From: Spirochaetia bacterium
GTDB lineage: Bacteria > Spirochaetota > Spirochaetia > UBA9216
NCBI GenBank assembly: GCA_963675665.1
Contig: OY776510.1
Location: 3,456,001-3,520,000, forward strand
Direction: 5' to 3'
DNA length: 64,000 nucleotides
Numbering within the stretch: the stretch's first letter is position 1; every line of letters starts with the position of its first letter. Under the pieces are notes generated by a model, which saw only the letters and a list, made by a program, of their open reading frames with translations, was not told the DNA's origin and ran no database searches. A program made the translations under genes and the position numbers. Positions 61,080 to 64,000 of the stretch are shown here, one piece after another.

Positions 61080-61859
61080 ATGGAAAAAGAGTTTACCGGA
61101 AATGAAATTGGATTAAATGGAGAAGCTCAAATAAAGATAGCTATCAAAACTATCTCTGATCTTGGTGGGAAAGCAGAAATGAAGGATTTATATTCTGCTT
61201 TAGAGAATGAAATGCGAGGAAAGAAACTCTCCAATCAAGGAAAGGCAAGTTTCAGATTTTTTGTGAATAAGGTCGCTGTAAAAGCAGGATTGATTTATCC
61301 GTATGACAAAAATAATCCGGGGTGGATGTTGACTCCGGCTGGTAAAGAATATCTGAAGAATGAAGAGATTAATGAAATAACAGTAAATACGGATACAAAT
61401 GAAGAAGAGGTAACTTTATCTAATTCGGCAAGAGGTTTAGCTTTTGAATTATACGCTCATGATTTTCTAAAGACATTATATCCAAGTTTTGTGTGGCATC
61501 ATCAGGGGCTTTATAAAACAACTGAAAGAGGTTTGGATTTTATAGGAGATAAACTTGGGGATCAAAATTCAGATGTTCGAACCATTGGTGTTCAGGTTAA
61601 GTTTCATAAAGAGAAAAATTCGCCAACTCAGATTGAATGGTTAAAATTTCTATCTGGTTGTTTTGCGCGCAGAGTAGATTTAGCAATATTTATCACAACA
61701 GGTAGATTGTCGAGTGCTCAATATCGAGAGGCGAGGGAATCAAATGTTATAGTTATTCAAGGAAAGGATGAGATAACAAGGATTGCAAAACAGAATAATT
61801 TAAAGAAGTTTGATTTATTTGGAAGTGAAGAGGAAGGAGAGGCTTCAGAAGAAGGATGA
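61080..61859 (+). CDS. Cassette 4: Mrr-like restriction endonuclease with N-terminal winged helix
   Basis: LGGKA...GWMLTPAGKEYL; FE..., ERGLD, VQVK, IFITTG. Confidence 0.8.
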   Translation: MEKEFTGNEIGLNGEAQIKIAIKTISDLGGKAEMKDLYSALENEMRGKKLSNQGKASFRFFVNKVAVKAGLIYPYDKNNPGWMLTPAGKEYLKNEEINEITVNTDTNEEEVTLSNSARGLAFELYAHDFLKTLYPSFVWHHQGLYKTTERGLDFIGDKLGDQNSDVRTIGVQVKFHKEKNSPTQIEWLKFLSGCFARRVDLAIFITTGRLSSAQYREARESNVIVIQGKDEITRIAKQNNLKKFDLFGSEEEGEASEEG

Positions 61860-61921
61860 AGAGTTAAGATGTTCAAGCCTTGACTCCGCCGTGCGGCTTG
61901 AACGAAGAGCGGGAACACTTC

Positions 61922-62013
61922 GTATAACAAGGGTTACACGCTCCGGCAATTCGGCCTGCGGGCTGCGCCACATTCGGTTGCGCCGAACGTCGTGTAACCC
62001 TGGAACGTTAGCT
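61922..62013 (+). repeat. attC-like site 4 (92 bp, near-identical to site 3)
   Basis: GTATAAC-aa-gggttacacg...cgtgtaaccc-tggaac-GTTAGCT. Confidence 0.88.
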
Positions 62014-62105
62014 GAAATGCCCCGCTAAGAGGAGAACGCCCGGACCTCCGGCCGACGGGCTAAACTGAATAGGAAATTAATAATAAATTAAAATATGGAG
62101 TTAGT

Positions 62106-62954
62106 ATGAAGAAGTTATCACTAGTATTTGTATTTCTAATAGCTGTGAGTAGTTTATATGCAGAGGATATAGCTTTAATTGAAGATAATGTGCTTGATTT
62201 ATTTAATAGTTACAATCCTCAATATAAAACAATTGGTCCAAAAATCTTGAATATCCCTGAAGGGCAAATTGATTTTTACAAAATGAAAATAGATACTGAT
62301 GAAAGTGATCTAAAATTCTTAGTAATTAAAGATAAGTACATTATAGGGGTCTTGCAAAATGTTAATGGTGAAGATCAACTTTTAATTGATGCAAATGGTG
62401 ATAATTTATTAGATTATTATTCTCAAGAATTAACAATACCTTATTGGGTTGTAGCATCAGAGTGTAATAATCACAGTAATAATGAATATAATTTGGATAT
62501 TTATTTTGATGAAGCTATTGAGATTTTTAATGGAGAGGTGAACCCATATTCATCCGGTTTGCATTATCAGTTTACGCAAAAATTATTAGTTTCAGTTTCA
62601 GCACCGGAAACTCCTAATCGAGATATAATTTACGCTTTATATGATTATTACAATCATGGCGACCAATATCCATGGGTTGCTTTACAAATAATTAATTATA
62701 TAAGCAAGACTACTTACGATAGATATAAAAAGGATAATCTATTATTTTACTTACATACTATGGAATCCTTAATTAATTTTGGATATTCAGATAGAGCGAT
62801 ACCATTGATGGAAGAGTTAGTAAAGAAATACCCAGAATTTATTCCAGGGTTAGTGTATAGATGGCAATTAGAAAATGATGCTTCGAAAAAGGAGAAATAT
62901 TATAAAGATCTAAAAACCAATTATCCAAATCATTGGATAGTGAAATTAATTTAA
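62106..62954 (+). CDS. Cassette 5: secreted protein of unknown function, possible Ca-binding loop and TPR-like C-terminus
   Basis: Signal peptide MKKLSLVFVFLIAVSSLYA; DANGDNLLD; helical C-terminus. Confidence 0.7.
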   Translation: MKKLSLVFVFLIAVSSLYAEDIALIEDNVLDLFNSYNPQYKTIGPKILNIPEGQIDFYKMKIDTDESDLKFLVIKDKYIIGVLQNVNGEDQLLIDANGDNLLDYYSQELTIPYWVVASECNNHSNNEYNLDIYFDEAIEIFNGEVNPYSSGLHYQFTQKLLVSVSAPETPNRDIIYALYDYYNHGDQYPWVALQIINYISKTTYDRYKKDNLLFYLHTMESLINFGYSDRAIPLMEELVKKYPEFIPGLVYRWQLENDASKKEKYYKDLKTNYPNHWIVKLI

Positions 62955-63034
62955 TGAAATATTATAGATTTGAAAACTTTGGTAGCCAGTCCTTGACTCC
63001 GTCGCACGGACTGGTTTAAGAGCGGGGACACTTC

Positions 63035-63342
63035 AGCTAACAAGGGAATATAAGCAGCGCCCATTCGGGCTTGGCCTTCGGCACATTTTTATTTTTCTGA
63101 ACATAGGCTTTATCATCGGCATTTAACACATGAAATGCAGTAGTCAACACCTTTGACACGGTTCTGGCGGAGACATTCGCTGATCGCTCATTCCAGAACC
63201 GCGCCAACCCTCGAAGACTCGGGACGGTTTCGCTACTGATTTCGTCGTTAAATGCACGGGATTTTTCAGTTTCGGGAAAATGATGGGTGTGATAGAATCA
63301 ATGAGAAAAATAAAAACGTCTTATATTCCCGGGGCGTTATGC
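63035..63342 (+). repeat. attC-like site 5, unusually long (308 bp)
   Basis: AGCTAAC-aa-gggaatataag...cttatattccc-ggggc-GTTATGC; inner pairing acatttttatttttct / agaaaaataaaaacgt. Confidence 0.75.
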
Positions 63343-63457
63343 GACATTCTTGGAGGAAGAAGATAGAAACATTGTTTGGGATGATTTTGATAGTTTTTAG
63401 CATTTTACTCATTAAAAATTATTTTATTTCATATGGAAGGGCTATAAATAAATTCCG

Positions 63458-63466
63458 TGATATAAT
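63458..63466 (+). promoter_or_regulatory. Extended -10 promoter candidate inside cassette 6
   Basis: TG-A-TATAAT about 110 bp upstream of the Rhs-core ORF. Confidence 0.4.
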
Positions 63467-63576
63467 GTTATTTACAGTTTTAAATGCTGTAATTGAATTC
63501 TCAAGCAAGATCAACCAACTTGTTTTTAGGAACTTTACGCAGAAATTTAAGATTGAATTAAAAATAAAGGACGAAC

Positions 63577-64000
63577 ATGAATTCTACAGGCCAATATTAC
63601 TACAATGCCAGATGGTATGACCTAAATCTGGGTAGGTTTACCACAGAAGACCCGATAAGCGACGGCCTAAACTGGTACGCTTACGCTAATAATAATCCGC
63701 TGAGGTTTGTTGATCCGACCGGGTTAATAGATGTTGAATCTGATATAGTTGAAACGGAAACATACGTCGATGTTGATACTGATTCTCTCATGACTGGTGA
63801 TCCTATGGATATCTTTGATGATCCAGAAGTTGCAAAAGCTGATACTTTAGCTCAATTAGAAGATGTAGTAGATGAAACTGTAGAAATGATTTCCTTTACT
63901 ACCACTTTGGGTGGACTTTTGCCAGATGAAGAAGTTTCAACCACATTATTTTTTATTGGTGTAGGGACCGACCTTTATTCTACCCTTGTCTCTGAGGATA
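63577..64000 (+). CDS. Cassette 6: orphan Rhs repeat-associated core plus variable C-terminal domain (3'-truncated by window edge), not in ORF track
   Basis: MNSTGQYYYNARWYDLNLGRFTTEDPISDGLNWYAYANNNPLRFVDPTGL-IDVESD...; AAAGGA upstream; no stop before 64000. Confidence 0.88.
   Translation, partial: MNSTGQYYYNARWYDLNLGRFTTEDPISDGLNWYAYANNNPLRFVDPTGLIDVESDIVETETYVDVDTDSLMTGDPMDIFDDPEVAKADTLAQLEDVVDETVEMISFTTTLGGLLPDEEVSTTLFFIGVGTDLYSTLVSED

Larger units (their letters stand above)
55201..64000 (+). mobile_element. Integron-like element: recombinase, attI-like site and at least 6 co-oriented gene cassettes (continues past window)
   Basis: Five TAAC...GTTA palindromic sites each downstream of AT-rich ORF(s); R boxes at the two ends of each cassette are complementary. 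Confidence 0.88.

Noticed and set aside
56679-62028. Short ORFs 56679-56864, 59602-59949, 59645-59905 and 61810-62028
   Set aside because: They coincide with GC-rich palindromic att sites and show no protein motifs.
60910-62060. Near-identical repeats read as CRISPR, REP or IS ends
   Set aside because: They are about 1 kb apart, separated by whole genes, carry TAAC/GTTA boxes, and there is no cas gene or transposase.
63252-63620. 122-aa ORF in the ORF track
   Set aside because: It begins inside attC-like site 5, crosses the crossover point, and overlaps the clearly recognisable Rhs-core ORF in another frame.

Overview
Chromosomal segment of an anaerobic bacterium, probably a free-living spirochaete (inferred from the smpB / PEGA-SUMF1 / lepB-lepB / hemW and yebC-ruvCAB-queA gene orders and the V-type ATPase). 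Bases 1-55100 are mostly housekeeping and energy genes: purA, guaA, a DUF134/MinD-4Fe4S/NifX cluster, a nine-gene V/A-type ATPase operon, a trimeric [FeFe]-hydrogenase whose beta subunit is fused to a GltD-like domain, tmRNA, smpB, glyA, an EctR/CosR-type regulator with an osmoprotectant ABC transporter, ruvCAB, queA, trkAH and nadE. From 55201 to the window end is an integron-like cassette array. It has a tyrosine recombinase, a downstream attI-like site, and at least six co-oriented cassettes separated by five attC-like sites (92-308 bp). The recombinase lacks the IntI-specific insertion and carries an N-terminal HARP-like domain. The attC-like sites show no extrahelical base in the L arm, and the complementarity of each cassette's two ends extends about 10-20 bp beyond the R box. 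Cassette cargo includes candidate anti-phage nucleases (DUF262-HNH, Mrr-like) and an orphan Rhs core plus C-terminal module missing from the ORF track. All family calls are from motif recognition by eye; no searches were run.
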